Both the position numbers and the translations under genes were made by a program. Below are positions 63,335 to 64,000 of a stretch of DNA of 64,000 nt, one piece after another. The notes beneath the pieces are model-generated. The model was not told where the DNA came from and did not search any database. It worked only from the letters and a program-made list of their open reading frames with translations. The DNA comes from Mobula hypostoma (lineage: Eukaryota): NCBI RefSeq assembly GCF_963921235.1, contig NC_086097.1, positions 36,458,001 through 36,522,000 on the forward strand. The letters run 5' to 3'. Each line of letters opens with the position of its first letter. Positions within the stretch are counted from its first letter, which is position 1.

Positions 63335-64000
63335 TTCCCGGAGTTACCATTGTATCGACCACGAAAGTGGTAGACAGTCTAATGTTAATGCGATCATTAT
63401 TTAGCTTGCAAAATTCACTTAGAATTTTCAAAGTTGAAAATTCAAAAGCCACATTTAATAGTATTCTTCACACAGTTTTATGAAAATTTGAGTGCTTCTA
63501 ACTCTTGGCTGATCTTGAATTGATTCTGCCTTGCTACCATGCTCAAAGTTTTAGACACCCCAAGGCTGTCCACGCACCTCTTTGTAACCACATCAGAACT
63601 CTGATAGCGATGGAGCTGATAATCTCAAATGAGTCAGCCCTTCCTGTAAGTACAGGTTCATGTTTCAAAATATATCTTGTAGCTAAGGAAAAACATTTCA
63701 TCCTCAATATTTTTTCTTGGTTGACTTTATACAGTGAAATAACAGCAGTGTTATAGAGAATAAAGTATGGCCACAAACTTAAGTTCTTCTTCCTATCCTA
63801 AATTTGTCTCATGGTATAAAAGGAATACTATGAATTGATAATCAACAAAATGTAACCAAATAATCACAAAATTTTTAGAAAAGTTTTTAACAGGGTAAAG
63901 GCAGAACTGGCGTCGAATACCCACCTGTAACCGTCCTTGTGGAACTGGTCATGGACTCCCTTGAACCGTTGCAATCATTTTAATGCATAAAGTTGGAGGA

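Noticed and set aside
1..64000. CRISPR array, prokaryotic operon, or Ig/TCR segments with recombination signals
   Set aside because: No regularly spaced repeats or bacterial genes. Isolated CACTGTG heptamers lack a correctly spaced nonamer and no V/J coding segments were seen.

Overview
Repeat-dense vertebrate DNA. The repeat repertoire suggests a cartilaginous fish, probably a ray or skate; this is an inference. No host protein-coding gene could be recognised, and every recognisable ORF is transposon-derived. The elements present are CR1 LINEs (SGNH-esterase ORF1, APE endonuclease, RT), L1, RTE, Rex1/Babar-type LINEs, Penelope-like elements (GIY-YIG), two gag-protease Gypsy LTR remnants, a Charlie/Buster-type hAT transposon, hAT MITEs and several tRNA-derived SINEs. 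Four structures stand out. (1) At least nine copies of a minimal type-I hammerhead ribozyme motif sit in Penelope terminal repeats, including ~200-bp fold-back mini-elements with 13-14 bp target-site duplications (TSDs). (2) A four-level nest, hAT>RTE>L1>CR1 plus RTE>Penelope, at 16.6-26.5 kb can be ordered largely from TSDs. (3) A second nest, Gypsy>CR1>CR1>CR1, lies at 29-39.5 kb. (4) The right end retains CpGs, carries a diverged 100-bp duplication and has a minus-strand splice donor, so the window may lie in an intron near a promoter. Unique AT-rich blocks between the repeats look like candidate enhancers but cannot be verified from the sequence alone. No prokaryotic system or CRISPR array is present. 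Repeat boundaries without a TSD or terminal inverted repeat (TIR) are approximate.
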